64,000 bases of DNA from a virus. Its lineage: Duplodnaviria; Caudoviricetes. The notes beneath the pieces are model-generated. The model was not told the DNA's origin. It was given only the letters and a program-made list of their open reading frames with translations, and made no database searches. The stretch's first letter is position 1. Each line of letters begins with the position of its first letter. Below are positions 36,704 to 46,260 of this stretch, piece by piece. The stretch is from positions 1 to 64,000 of IMG/VR virus record IMGVR_UViG_3300044542_000107; one strand, given 5' to 3'. The translations under genes were made by a program, and so were the position numbers.

Positions 36704-37027
36704 TCAGTGCCCATCGAGACCGCTGGGATCCTGGCTTTCCTCGCCGAGCTCATCCCAGAATCGTCTCCGCTTCTCGTGCTCGGCCTGCTGGCGCGGTGAC
36801 ACGTAGCACGCGGTCACCGCGCCGCGTGCGATCCTCTCCTCGAGGTCGGGCAGGTGTGAATCCGGACGACCGTTGCGCGCATCGGCGCGGGCCGTCTCGC
36901 GCACCATGGCGATGTCATCGCACACGTCCAGAATCGTCTTCTCGTCCTGACTGAGCCGCCGGCCCTTCAACTCATCGTGCGCGAGCTCGATCGCCGCCGA
37001 CATGATCCTTCGTGTGGGCTCAAGCAT
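36704..37027 (-). CDS. Hypothetical protein
   Basis: TAATG coupling to upstream gene. Confidence 0.6.
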   Translation of the reverse strand: MLEPTRRIMSAAIELAHDELKGRRLSQDEKTILDVCDDIAMVRETARADARNGRPDSHLPDLEERIARGAVTACYVSPRQQAEHEKRRRFWDELGEESQDPSGLDGH

Positions 37028-37275
37028 TACTCACCGACACTTTCCAGCATCGCGAGGACGCCGTCGATTCGATTGGTGGATCCGGTGGAACTGTGATGAC
37101 TCTCCTCGTACACGTCGACGCGATATCGGCCGTCATCTTCATAGATGAGGGCGTACCGGTCGCCCTGGCCACCCAAGTCGATCCGCACGACCGGCTCACC
37201 GCCCCCGTCGATGATGGTCTGCGTCGCATAACCGGCCTCAGACAGTGCCAGTTCAATGTTCAGCCAAGCGGCCAC
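37027..37275 (-). CDS. Small acidic hypothetical protein
   Basis: GAGGAG RBS, GTG start. Confidence 0.6.
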   Translation of the reverse strand: MAAWLNIELALSEAGYATQTIIDGGGEPVVRIDLGGQGDRYALIYEDDGRYRVDVYEESHHSSTGSTNRIDGVLAMLESVGE

Positions 37276-37394
37276 GATGCTCTCTCCTCACCAACGCGAC
37301 TGGTCCGCAACGATCTTCGCCTGCACGACCTGCGGGTTGTCGCTTGTACTCCCGACGGTGCAAGTCACCATTGCCAGCACCTTTCCGCCCGATG

Positions 37395-37406
37395 TGATGA
37401 TCTCAC
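37395..37406 (-). promoter_or_regulatory. Repeated promoter motif, copy 4 (GTGAGATCATCA)
   Basis: Same motif and orientation, intergenic. Confidence 0.5.
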
Positions 37407-37473
37407 ACCTGTGAGGACCGTGAGACGGCGGCCTCAATCTGGGACTGCTCGGTCCGGGGATGCCGCCGACAGG

Positions 37474-37887
37474 TCATGCGCTGTCCCTGTGGTGGGCTGT
37501 GACCGCCCACAGCCTGGCGCGCTCGGCGACGTGGAGCCCGTCGAGCCGGGCCTCGATCAGGTCGCGGGTGACGCCGAGGTCGAAGGCGATCACCCGCGGA
37601 TCCGGCGACCATGCGAGTTCGGCGGCCAGCACGTCGGGGGCGATGAGCATCCGGGCCGCCAGCGCGTGGACCGTCTGCTCCTCGCCCGCCCGCGCCCAGC
37701 CGGGGCACGGACCCCTTGATGCGTGCACCATCTCGTGGGCCAGCGTGGCGTCCCGCTCAGCCGGCGTGAGTCGCCGATCCACTGCGACCGCCCGCGACGC
37801 CCACCTGCACCTGCCCCGCCCCGACGCCAGCATCTCCGCGCTCAGCCGCCAACCGGCCGGCCACACCACATCACCCATGATGTCCAT
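37474..37887 (-). CDS. ImmA/IrrE-family metallopeptidase
   Basis: ERDATLAHEMVH...EE...AARMLI, then HTH-like tail. Confidence 0.85.
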   Translation of the reverse strand: MDIMGDVVWPAGWRLSAEMLASGRGRCRWASRAVAVDRRLTPAERDATLAHEMVHASRGPCPGWARAGEEQTVHALAARMLIAPDVLAAELAWSPDPRVIAFDLGVTRDLIEARLDGLHVAERARLWAVTAHHRDSA

Positions 37888-37893
37888 GGGCTG

Positions 37894-37915
37894 ATGGTGG
37901 CAGCGGCCACCGACA
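37894..37915 (-). promoter_or_regulatory. RecA-NDp (PafBC-type) leaderless promoter
   Basis: TGTCGG-tggccgctgc-CACCAT-6 nt-ATG; no SD. Confidence 0.65.
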
Positions 37916-37917
37916 GA

Positions 37918-38529
37918 TCAGGACGGGTCATCCTCCGGCGGCTGTTTCTTGCCGTGAGCTGGGATGAACGACCCGATCAGCATCACGGCCGGCACACCGA
38001 GCATGATTCCAGCCATCCCGGTCTGCCCTCTGAACCCGAAGACGATCGCCGCAATGACGCACACCAGCGACAGGAACATGGCCCACCCTTGGCCGTTGGA
38101 GTCGCGCTCTGTCTGCGCCGCGGTAATCCTGTCCTCGCGGTCGGAGACCTGCACCGTCTGCGACTCGTAGACCTTCAGGATCCGGTCTCCCGCCCCCGGG
38201 ACGACGTCCTCGTACGACTGGAGGGTGTCGGGATCCGGCAGCGGGGCGGACCACAGGGCTGTGGTCTCGCGATGGATCAGCGCGCGGAGCTGCTGGACTT
38301 CTTCGACGTTGTCGACTTCGGGGAGAGGCGGCTGAGCCTCCGCAGGCTCTCTGCCTGGCGCTGCCTCGACTCGCGAATGATCTGATCCGCCCTGCCCGGC
38401 CTGAACAGCCGGAACGTGCCGAACCCCTTCATCACGGGCCGCATCAGGTTCGTTGTGCTCATGAGTCAACCGTACGTCCTCATCGGTCTCGTGGTGGTCG
38501 GTGGGGCCCGGATTCGCAGATTCAGTCAT
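37918..38529 (-). CDS. DUF2335-like two-TM membrane protein
   Basis: WSAPLPDP..L..YE.VVPGAGDRI plus two C-terminal TM. Confidence 0.8.
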   Translation of the reverse strand: MTESANPGPTDHHETDEDVRLTHEHNEPDAARDEGVRHVPAVQAGQGGSDHSRVEAAPGREPAEAQPPLPEVDNVEEVQQLRALIHRETTALWSAPLPDPDTLQSYEDVVPGAGDRILKVYESQTVQVSDREDRITAAQTERDSNGQGWAMFLSLVCVIAAIVFGFRGQTGMAGIMLGVPAVMLIGSFIPAHGKKQPPEDDPS

Positions 38530-38864
38530 CTCCGGCTCCTCGCCTTCGCCAGCCTCGCCGCGATCGAGTCATAGTGTGAGCCGCGATGCCCAGCCGGGCA
38601 CTCGGCCAGGTAGCGCTCCAGACAGGCGATCTCCTCAGCGTGCTGGCCGGTCTTGCGGTAGATGATCGCCGCCTGCTCGAAGTACCACGGCGCAGGCTCT
38701 CGGTCCTGGCGCGTTCTGATCGTCGCTTCCTGGCACTCGCCGAGGAGCTCGAGTGCCGCCTCGAACTCGCCGTCGCGCTTCATCTGCTTGATCGTCTCCA
38801 CCCACTCCGAGTAGTGGCGGTCGCGCACCATCTCCAGATCGCGCATCCATGGCAGTTCAGTCAT
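38526..38864 (-). CDS. Small TPR-like helical protein
   Basis: PWYFEQAAIIYRK...EEIACLERY. Confidence 0.7.
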   Translation of the reverse strand: MTELPWMRDLEMVRDRHYSEWVETIKQMKRDGEFEAALELLGECQEATIRTRQDREPAPWYFEQAAIIYRKTGQHAEEIACLERYLAECPAGHRGSHYDSIAARLAKARSRR

Positions 38865-39444
38865 TCCAGGGCCCCTCGTCGCGATCTCCCCAGTCGTCGG
38901 GGTCCTGGGAGATGTCCTCGTCAGCGACCTCGTAGTCGGCCTGGCGGGGATGCTCGTCGGCGGCCTCGGCCACGTTCTGCGCTTGGTCAATCATCCGCTG
39001 CCGGCGCCGCTCCTGCCAGGTCAGTGGACGGTCGACCTCCACGTCCCTGTCGGTGTGGACGACGTCGAGCCGCCCCTCGTCGCCACTCTTCTCAGCATCT
39101 GGCTGCCGGCCATCACTGGACCTCCGCTCCCTCAGCCGCTCAGCGAGGATGCCGAGCAGCGCTTCATCGGACAGGCTGCTGAGATCAGGGTCGACCGTCT
39201 CCAGTCGATCCACCGGAACCCCGAGAGCCTCGGCCGCCTTCGTGATGAAGACGCCCTCCGGTATCTCAGGGAAGGCCCGGTGGAGGCCAGCGATCGTCTC
39301 GTCGGCGACCATGCGTCCCAGGTGGTCCTTGACCAGGAGCCTGGACACCGTGGCCGGGGTGATCCCAGATGCTCGGGCCAGATCCGCCTGGCGCCACCCA
39401 TGACCGTCCATCAGGTCCTGGATGAAGCGTCCTAGCTCGTGCAT
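38857..39444 (-). CDS. Immunity repressor (XRE HTH, no S24 peptidase domain)
   Basis: WRQADLARASGITPATVSRL; divergent from Cro-like gene. Confidence 0.85.
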   Translation of the reverse strand: MHELGRFIQDLMDGHGWRQADLARASGITPATVSRLLVKDHLGRMVADETIAGLHRAFPEIPEGVFITKAAEALGVPVDRLETVDPDLSSLSDEALLGILAERLRERRSSDGRQPDAEKSGDEGRLDVVHTDRDVEVDRPLTWQERRRQRMIDQAQNVAEAADEHPRQADYEVADEDISQDPDDWGDRDEGPWND

Positions 39445-39497
39445 GGCTCAACCATCCTCGCGATCGGGGGCATCCGCGACCCCCGGCAGACGCGGGC

Positions 39498-39660
39498 GTC
39501 AAGTGGACTACGACACGCCAACACTAACTTTTCGTCAAGCAACACGCGACAGTGGCAGGCCTGTCATGGCGCGGTCACGCGAAGATTTCCGGTATTCCCC
39601 CTTGACGTGATGTCAAGCAACATGCAATGATCTCTTGCGTACCGCTTGACAAGTGACAAG
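39498..39660. promoter_or_regulatory. Genetic switch: operators and rightward promoter
   Basis: CTTGAC-n5-GTCAAG palindrome 39601-39617, further GTCAAG/CTTGAC half sites, TTGACG-n18-AATGAT. Confidence 0.7.
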
Positions 39661-39672
39661 GAGGCGCGGACG

Positions 39673-39981
39673 ATGAGAACCACCCGATACCAGACCAGAA
39701 CCGCAAGGAGGCGCTGGATGCAGCTCCGCGACCCGGCCCTGCTGAAGACCTACATGGAAGCCCGAGACTTCTCCTACGCGAGACTCGGCCGCTACGCCGG
39801 CGTGAGCCGCCAGTTCATCTGGCAGCTCGTCAACGACCGCACGCAGCGGACCTGCTCGCGAGAGGTCGGCCGACTCATCGAGGAGGCCCTCTCGGTCCTC
39901 CCCGGAACTCTTTTCATGCCTCGACTCTCAAGCGAGGCGCCCGAAACCCACTCATCACACAAGAAGGAGCGCGTCGCATGA
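39673..39981 (+). CDS. Cro-like HTH protein
   Basis: FSYARLGRYAGVSRQFIWQL. Confidence 0.85.
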   Translation: MRTTRYQTRTARRRWMQLRDPALLKTYMEARDFSYARLGRYAGVSRQFIWQLVNDRTQRTCSREVGRLIEEALSVLPGTLFMPRLSSEAPETHSSHKKERVA

Positions 39982-40286
39982 GCCTCATCCAGGGGTGCCT
40001 GTCCCGCACCGCCACCACCGCCTCCGATCTCCAGTCGGCCCGCGCCGAGCATCAGCAGGCCGACCCGGCCCGCATCGACGCCGACACCATCCGCACCATC
40101 ACCCGGGCCGACGAGGCATGCCGGGCCGCCCAGCTGGTCGTCGACCGGCTGCATGAGGTCATCGACTCACTGCCCCGCAACCGTGTCGACAAGCGCGACG
40201 CCCGCTTCGCCGTCACGCAGGCCGCCTACTACCTGGACGACTGCCTCCGGGCCATTGACCAGCTCACCGAGGAGGCCGGATCGTGA
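39978..40286 (+). CDS. Hypothetical protein
   Basis: AAGGAG RBS, ATGA coupling. Confidence 0.65.
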   Translation: MSLIQGCLSRTATTASDLQSARAEHQQADPARIDADTIRTITRADEACRAAQLVVDRLHEVIDSLPRNRVDKRDARFAVTQAAYYLDDCLRAIDQLTEEAGS

Positions 40287-40678
40287 GCGTCACAGCCCCA
40301 CCGATGGGGATTCCCAATACACAGCCTCATATGCGCCACATGGACCTCGGTTCTCGTGAGAAGGAAAGCATCGGTGACGCGCGCCTTCTCACGATGACCG
40401 AGTGGAAGCGGCGCATCACTGCCCATGCCGAGCGCATCGGGGTGCAGCGCTCCGCGTCGGCAATCAAGCGCATGGCCCAGAAGGTGGCCCGCGACGCCCA
40501 GCCAGGAACCGACCCCGACCGCGTCGTCGCCGGCCTCTTCGAGCAGCGTGACGAGCCCGACCCGGCGTCGCGACTCGACCACCTCGACCCCACCGATCCA
40601 CGCGTCCGGATCATCAACTACGCCGACCCCACCGGCGAGGAAGCATCCGCCAAGGTCGACAGGGAGCGTGCAGCATGA
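40283..40678 (+). CDS. Hypothetical protein
   Basis: Coupled; YADPTGEEA. Confidence 0.65.
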   Translation: MSVTAPPMGIPNTQPHMRHMDLGSREKESIGDARLLTMTEWKRRITAHAERIGVQRSASAIKRMAQKVARDAQPGTDPDRVVAGLFEQRDEPDPASRLDHLDPTDPRVRIINYADPTGEEASAKVDRERAA

Positions 40679-41190
40679 CCCCGGCAGCGCGGAGGTGTCA
40701 TGAGCGGCTGGAGGCGATGGGTTTCGTCCGTGACGTGGACAGGTCGAATCGTGAGCGGTCGGTGTGGTCGCATCCGAATGATCCCGGCCAGCAGATCCGC
40801 GTGTACGTCGGCATCAAGGAGGACGCGGCGACCCTGAAGCTGCGCCGCGCCGAGCAGATCGCCGGCCTCGCAAAGACTGGGGACGGCAGCGACACGATCA
40901 AGGATCGGGCGCGGATCAGACGGCAGGCCGATGCACGTAAGCGTGTCGCCGAGATCGCCGCGCACGAGAAACAGCTGGCCCCCTACCAGGCGGAGGCCGA
41001 CGCGCGGGCCGCCGAGAAAGCCCGCCGCAGCCGGGCGGACGAGAAGCACCGGCTCATGTCGGCTGTCGAGGATGCCCGCGAGCAGCTGTCCCGGGTGAAC
41101 CAGCGCGGCCAGGACCCGCGCAAGGCCCTAGTGCAGCTCCAGATCGCCCGCGACCGGCTGCACGAATTCACCTCAGGCGGATGCAGATGA
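40675..41190 (+). CDS. Hypothetical coiled-coil protein
   Basis: Coupled ATGA. Confidence 0.6.
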   Translation: MTPAARRCHERLEAMGFVRDVDRSNRERSVWSHPNDPGQQIRVYVGIKEDAATLKLRRAEQIAGLAKTGDGSDTIKDRARIRRQADARKRVAEIAAHEKQLAPYQAEADARAAEKARRSRADEKHRLMSAVEDAREQLSRVNQRGQDPRKALVQLQIARDRLHEFTSGGCR

Positions 41191-41216
41191 CGGTCCGCAA
41201 ACGCAGAGGAAACACG

Positions 41217-41250
41217 GAGCCCCAGCCGACGCAACCGGCTGGGGCTCTTC
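41217..41250 (+). terminator. Early-operon hairpin / terminator
   Basis: GAGCCCCAGCCG...CGGCTGGGGCTC-TTC. Confidence 0.6.
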
Positions 41251-41267
41251 ACATCCCAAGGAGAGAT

Positions 41268-42101
41268 ATGTCCATCATCCCACAGGACGGCCAGTCGCCC
41301 TTCGACAAGATCCGGCGCACCAGACCTGACGGCTCGGAGTACTGGTCGGCCCGAGACCTCATGCCCCTCATGGGCTACGGCGCCGACTGGCGCAACCTCA
41401 TCACTGCCATCGACCGGGCAGAGATGGCGGCAGAGAACATCGGCGAGGACATCGGGCACCTTTTCGGTGACGTCACCGAAAAGTCGGGAGGTCGGCCCCG
41501 GCAGGACTTCCACCTCACTCGCTATGCCGCCTATCTCGTCGCGATGAACGGCGACCCCCGCAAGCCAGAAACGGCCTCGGCGCAGGCGTACTTCGCGGTC
41601 CGCACCCGAGAGGCCGAGACGGCGCTGCCGGACCTCTCCACCATCGACGGCCAGCTTGCCGTCGCCCAGCAGCTCGTCGCACAGACCCTCGCCCGCAAGG
41701 AGGCCGAGGAGCGGGCCCTCAAATCCGAGGGCACCGTCAAGGCCATCGAGGCCGCCAACGGCATCACACTCCGCGAATTCCACAAGCAGTACTTCCCCGA
41801 AGTGCCGGAGCGGGCCTTCTTCCAGAAGCTCTACGACCTCGGAATCCTCATCGACCAGCGCGGCAGTCGCGGCCGCGATGACCGAACCGGCCGGATCAAG
41901 AACGGATACCAGCACCGCCACCCCGGCTACAAGGGCAAGCCGTACATCTACCTGCACGGCTCGCTCGACCCCAAAGGCGTGCGCCGCGAATCCCCGAAGG
42001 TCCGCCCGGGCCAGCCCGAGATCGACCTCGCTCGGCTCCTCAATACCAAGGGCCTATCCCTCAACCCCACCATCACCCTCCCGAAGGAGATCGCAGCATG
42101 A
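41268..42101 (+). CDS. Antirepressor-like protein (DinD/BRO-type N-domain)
   Basis: SPFDKIR...EYWSARDLMPLMGY...LTRYAAYLVAMNGDPRK...AQAYFA. Confidence 0.8.
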   Translation: MSIIPQDGQSPFDKIRRTRPDGSEYWSARDLMPLMGYGADWRNLITAIDRAEMAAENIGEDIGHLFGDVTEKSGGRPRQDFHLTRYAAYLVAMNGDPRKPETASAQAYFAVRTREAETALPDLSTIDGQLAVAQQLVAQTLARKEAEERALKSEGTVKAIEAANGITLREFHKQYFPEVPERAFFQKLYDLGILIDQRGSRGRDDRTGRIKNGYQHRHPGYKGKPYIYLHGSLDPKGVRRESPKVRPGQPEIDLARLLNTKGLSLNPTITLPKEIAA

Positions 42102-42520
42102 GGCTCTACAAGGCCCAGGACGTCACCCCTGAGTGCGCGGCGGACGAATACGAAGACGAAGACGGCATCTTCGACGCGATCGCATGGGACGAGCGGAAGT
42201 CCCCGACTACGGAGGCTGAGGGCGCCCCGGCGGGTTGGGACCAGCACTGCCTGGACGTGTGGGGGGAGCCGCACGAGTTCTTCATCCCCTCCGACAGGCG
42301 CATCTACCGCTCCCGCTCCTCCGCGCAGGAGCGTGTCGACCTCATCAACCGATGGGGCGGGCACGCCGTCCTCGTCGAGGCCGATGTCGACTGGGTGCCC
42401 GTCACAGAGGCGAACAGAAGACGCAAGCGGGCGAGGCTCAAGGCGAAAGCGCAGCGGCTCATTGGCCAGGCGCAGGCCGTCGCTGACCAGCTCGCTGCCC
42501 TCGATGGGGAGGCTCTCTGA
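42098..42520 (+). CDS. Hypothetical protein
   Basis: AAGGAG RBS, coupled. Confidence 0.65.
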   Translation: MRLYKAQDVTPECAADEYEDEDGIFDAIAWDERKSPTTEAEGAPAGWDQHCLDVWGEPHEFFIPSDRRIYRSRSSAQERVDLINRWGGHAVLVEADVDWVPVTEANRRRKRARLKAKAQRLIGQAQAVADQLAALDGEAL

Positions 42521-42816
42521 TGCCCCGCAGGAAGCCCGAGCAGGACGCCGACTCCGCCGCGTGGATGGAGCGGCGCGCACTGATCGCCATGGCAGGCGAG
42601 ATCGCGCGCACCGCCGGCGGCCATTGGCTCCTCACCTCCGACGAAGTTGGAGCGGTCATCGGCCGATCCAAGGACGTGGTCGAGCACCTCCGTAAGGCCA
42701 CCAAACCGATCCCCGCCGGACCACCGATGACCGGCTGGGTCAAGGACGGCACCGCATTCAAGCTCCACACACTCCGCCTTGCGGAATGGCTCACCTCACT
42801 GGAAGAGGTTGCATGA
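42520..42816 (+). CDS. Putative HTH DNA-binding protein
   Basis: LLTSDEVGAVIGRS...LAEWL. Confidence 0.6.
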   Translation: MPRRKPEQDADSAAWMERRALIAMAGEIARTAGGHWLLTSDEVGAVIGRSKDVVEHLRKATKPIPAGPPMTGWVKDGTAFKLHTLRLAEWLTSLEEVA

Positions 42817-42938
42817 AACCCGCAATTATCGCCGCCACCATCCTCGGCGCCATCGTTCTGTCAGGTGTGGCCGGGCTGGCATGGGTGTGCTGGCAGCTCA
42901 ACCAGGCCGACCCCGACGAGTGGGGCGGTGCACGATGA
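42813..42938 (+). CDS. Small membrane peptide
   Basis: ATGA coupling at both ends; one TM. Confidence 0.5.
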   Translation: MKPAIIAATILGAIVLSGVAGLAWVCWQLNQADPDEWGGAR

Positions 42939-43105
42939 CCGCACTCACCCTCCCCACCCTCACCAACGGCGGCCTCATCCTCCTGCTACTGCTGCTGGGC
43001 GCTATCACCGTGGTCGGCCTCATCCTCGCCGACGAGCACCGCATCGACGAGCGGCTGTGGCTCGACATGACCCTCGGCCCTGACGACGACCAGGAGGACC
43101 GATGA
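42935..43105 (+). CDS. Small membrane peptide
   Basis: One TM, acidic tail; coupled. Confidence 0.55.
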   Translation: MTALTLPTLTNGGLILLLLLLGAITVVGLILADEHRIDERLWLDMTLGPDDDQEDR

Positions 43106-43287
43106 CCATCGAGCGCGGCATGACACCCAGCGAGGCCGCCGAGCTCACCAGCCTCGGCGCCCAGACTATCCGCGCCGCCATCACCCGCGGCGAGATCGCC
43201 TCCTACGGGCGCGGCCGCATCCTCCGCGTCCGCCTCGACGACGTCTCCAAGACACTCCTCCCCCATAGAAAGCAGGGCCAGCCATGA
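43102..43287 (+). CDS. Excisionase-like HTH protein
   Basis: MTPSEAAE...TIRAAITRGEI...GRILRVRLDDV. Confidence 0.75.
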   Translation: MTIERGMTPSEAAELTSLGAQTIRAAITRGEIASYGRGRILRVRLDDVSKTLLPHRKQGQP

Positions 43288-43688
43288 CCTCCATCAGACT
43301 CGACCGCGGCGACATGCAGAGCATCCGGTTCGCTCTGCGCCGCACCGCCCGCAGCACGACCGAATGCGATGGCCTGATTCCGCTGGCCGACCAGCTGTCC
43401 GCTGTCGGCCAGGGCACCCTCACCGACGACCGGGTCACCACGGTCACCGTGCCGGAGGCGGCATGGGAAGCCCTGGTGGACCTCCACCGCGAAGTCGGCA
43501 CCCTCCTCGCCATCGAGGACTCCCGCCGCCGCTACTCCACCCTGGAGATGCCGCCGAAGGCCATCAAGGCCGGCGAGCAGCTGTACGACCACCTCACCGC
43601 GATGATGCGCGAGCACGCATGGTGCGCCCAGCGCATCGCCGGCGTGATCCCCGACACGGTCGTGGATGCCGAGGTGGCCGACCGATGA
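43284..43688 (+). CDS. Hypothetical protein
   Basis: Coupled ATGA. Confidence 0.6.
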   Translation: MTSIRLDRGDMQSIRFALRRTARSTTECDGLIPLADQLSAVGQGTLTDDRVTTVTVPEAAWEALVDLHREVGTLLAIEDSRRRYSTLEMPPKAIKAGEQLYDHLTAMMREHAWCAQRIAGVIPDTVVDAEVADR

Positions 43689-44620
43689 GAACCTCAGGAA
43701 CAGCCGTCGCGCTCGGATCATTCCCGGATGGCTCGCCAGCCTGGCACATGGCCCGCAAGACGCGGATCGGTGGATCCGACATCGCACAGATCCTCGGCCT
43801 GTCGCCGTGGGGAGACCGCTACAGCCTGTGGTGCGAGAAGGTCGACCCCAAGCCGGCCGAGGACAACGCGAGCCCGCTGATGGAGGCAGGCCACTACATC
43901 GAGCAGGCCGCTGCGCAGTGGTACGCCGACCACCGCCTGCCCGAGGGGCTGCACGTCCGCAACGCCGGCACCTGGGTTCACAAGGATCGCGGCTGGCAGC
44001 TCGCCAACCCTGACCGACTCATCGTCCCCAACGTGCGCTCCGACGCCGACCCGGCCGGGATCCTCGAGATCAAGTTCGCCCCCAACTCGGCGGACAGGTT
44101 CGGCGACGACGGCAGCGACGTCGTGCCGGTCAACTACTGGTGCCAGGTGCAGTGGTACATGGCCGTCTTCGGGGTGCCGTGGGCTGACATGGTTGTGCTG
44201 TCGCGTTGGGGATTCCGCTGCTACCGGATCGCCTCTGATCCGGACTGGCAGGCGATTGCCGCAATTGAGGGTGAGCGGTTCGCTGACGCTGTCGCTCTGG
44301 GAATCGAGCCCGACTGGGCGCCCACCGAATGGGCCTACGAGGCCGACCGGAACCGGCACCCCGAGATCACCTCAGACGAGATCACCGTCCGCGACGACCG
44401 TCTTCTCGACCTTCTCGCCTCCGTGGGGCAGCTCAAGGACGCCGAGAAGGAGGCCAAGGCCGCCCTCAAAGATCCCGAGACTGAGGCGAAGGCCGCCCTC
44501 GCCCACCTGATGGGCACCGCCGGAGCCGCCTTCGACCCGACCGGCAGGAAGCTCGCCGTCCGGCGGGCACGCAACACCAAGGCCGGAGACCCCGGCCGCC
44601 CCTACGTCGTCATCAACTGA
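43685..44620 (+). CDS. YqaJ/RecE-like exonuclease
   Basis: IGGSD, ANPDR, ILEIK, QVQWYM. Confidence 0.9.
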   Translation: MRTSGTAVALGSFPDGSPAWHMARKTRIGGSDIAQILGLSPWGDRYSLWCEKVDPKPAEDNASPLMEAGHYIEQAAAQWYADHRLPEGLHVRNAGTWVHKDRGWQLANPDRLIVPNVRSDADPAGILEIKFAPNSADRFGDDGSDVVPVNYWCQVQWYMAVFGVPWADMVVLSRWGFRCYRIASDPDWQAIAAIEGERFADAVALGIEPDWAPTEWAYEADRNRHPEITSDEITVRDDRLLDLLASVGQLKDAEKEAKAALKDPETEAKAALAHLMGTAGAAFDPTGRKLAVRRARNTKAGDPGRPYVVIN

Positions 44621-44631
44621 AAGGAACATCC

Positions 44632-45444
44632 ATGTCAAACGACATCGTCCGTCACGGTGGGTCAGCGCTCACCATCACCGCCGACCAGCAGGGCTTCAAC
44701 GACACCCAGTTGGCTGCGCTTCGACAGCTCGGCGTCGACAAGGCTTCACAGGCCGACATCGCCGTCTTCTTCCACCAGGCGCAGGCCACCGGCCTCGACC
44801 CCTTCAAGCGGGAGATCTACATGATCGCCCGCGGCGGGAAGCCCACCATCCAGACCGGCATCGACGGCTTCTACAAGATCGCCAACCGGGTCGCCGGAGG
44901 CACTTGGGGCATCGACTCCACCATGTGGTGCGGTCAGGATGGCCAGTGGGTCGACGTGTGGCTGTCCAACCAGCCCCCGTCTGCTGCGAAGGTGACCGTC
45001 CGCCGCGGCAACGCCACCTTCACCGCCGTCGCCGTCACCAAGGAGTACAGGGCCCAGGGCCCCATGTGGGACAAGATGCCCTCCCGGATGATCGCCAAGT
45101 GCGCCACCGCCCTGGCGATCCGGCAGGCGTTCCCCGACGACCTGGCCGGCATCTACACCACCGAGGAGATGCCCGAACACGAGGCGCAGACTAGACCCGC
45201 TTCTGCTGCCGCGCAGCAGCAGAAGCCGGCCGTCGACTGGCATCCCATCGTCGACGTCATGCGGCAGCTCGGATGGGACTCCGACGTCACCAAGGAATTC
45301 GTGCAGCAGCATGTCGGCCACGAGTTCGCCGCCATGTCCGACCTCACCCAGAATGAGATCGACGGCGCCCGAAAGGCCATGGAACAGTTCCTGACCGTGG
45401 ACGCCGAGGTCGTCGACGAGGCTACCGGCGAGGTGATCGCATGA
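44632..45444 (+). CDS. bet: Single-strand annealing recombinase (Bet/RecT family)
   Basis: [24 protein letters not shown]...RQAFP...GIY. Confidence 0.9.
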   Translation: MSNDIVRHGGSALTITADQQGFNDTQLAALRQLGVDKASQADIAVFFHQAQATGLDPFKREIYMIARGGKPTIQTGIDGFYKIANRVAGGTWGIDSTMWCGQDGQWVDVWLSNQPPSAAKVTVRRGNATFTAVAVTKEYRAQGPMWDKMPSRMIAKCATALAIRQAFPDDLAGIYTTEEMPEHEAQTRPASAAAQQQKPAVDWHPIVDVMRQLGWDSDVTKEFVQQHVGHEFAAMSDLTQNEIDGARKAMEQFLTVDAEVVDEATGEVIA

Positions 45445-45980
45445 GCGGCGAGACCACCATCACCATCATCGGATCGCTCGGCGCCGACCCGGAACTGCGC
45501 TTCACCCCCAACGGTGCACCGGTCGCCAACTTCGACGTCGCATCCACCCCGCGCACCTTCGACAAGCAGCGCAACGAATGGGTCGACGGGGAGGCGCTGT
45601 GGCTGCGCTGCACCGTGTGGAAGGACGCCGCCGAGCATGTCGCCGAGTCCCTCAAGAAGGGGGACCGGGTCATCGTGCAGGGCAACCTTCGCGCCCGAAA
45701 GTTCACCGACCGCGACGGCAACAACCGAGTGTCCCACGAGCTCGATGTGCTTGATGTCGGGCCGTCGCTGCGCTTCGCCACCGCGCAGGTGCAGCGCGCC
45801 ACCAAGGGCGGACAGGGCTGGTCGTCGCAGGGATTCCAGCAGGGCAACAGCGCCTGGAACTCCGCGGCGCCGGCTCAGCCGGGCGGGGACGGTCATCTGC
45901 CGCGCTCCCAGCACCAGCCTGCCCAGCAGGAGCTCGCTGATCCGTGGGCGCAGGGCCAGTCGGATGCCGCGCCCTTCTGA
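45441..45980 (+). CDS. ssb: Single-stranded DNA-binding protein
   Basis: [10 protein letters not shown]...; C-terminal APF. Confidence 0.95.
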   Translation: MSGETTITIIGSLGADPELRFTPNGAPVANFDVASTPRTFDKQRNEWVDGEALWLRCTVWKDAAEHVAESLKKGDRVIVQGNLRARKFTDRDGNNRVSHELDVLDVGPSLRFATAQVQRATKGGQGWSSQGFQQGNSAWNSAAPAQPGGDGHLPRSQHQPAQQELADPWAQGQSDAAPF

Positions 45981-46053
45981 TCCATCCACCATCCATCCGG
46001 GGCCGGGGCGCACACGTTGCGCCCCGGCCCCTCGCATTGAAGGGACCACCACC

Positions 46054-46260
46054 ATGCCATTCCCCACCAAGCAGATCGACCTGTCCGAGGTGCACTGGCT
46101 GCTCGACGCCGGCGAATCAGTCCACCAGATCGCCAGGACCATGCACGTCACCGTCGGCGGAATCCTGCGTGCCGCCGAACGCGCACGAGACCCGCGCATC
46201 ATTCTCGCCTGTCGCATCGGCCTCCACCAGTGGGGCGAGGGCCAGGAGATCGCAGCATGA
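46054..46260 (+). CDS. Small HTH protein
   Basis: LLDAGESVHQIARTMHVT. Confidence 0.6.
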   Translation: MPFPTKQIDLSEVHWLLDAGESVHQIARTMHVTVGGILRAAERARDPRIILACRIGLHQWGEGQEIAA

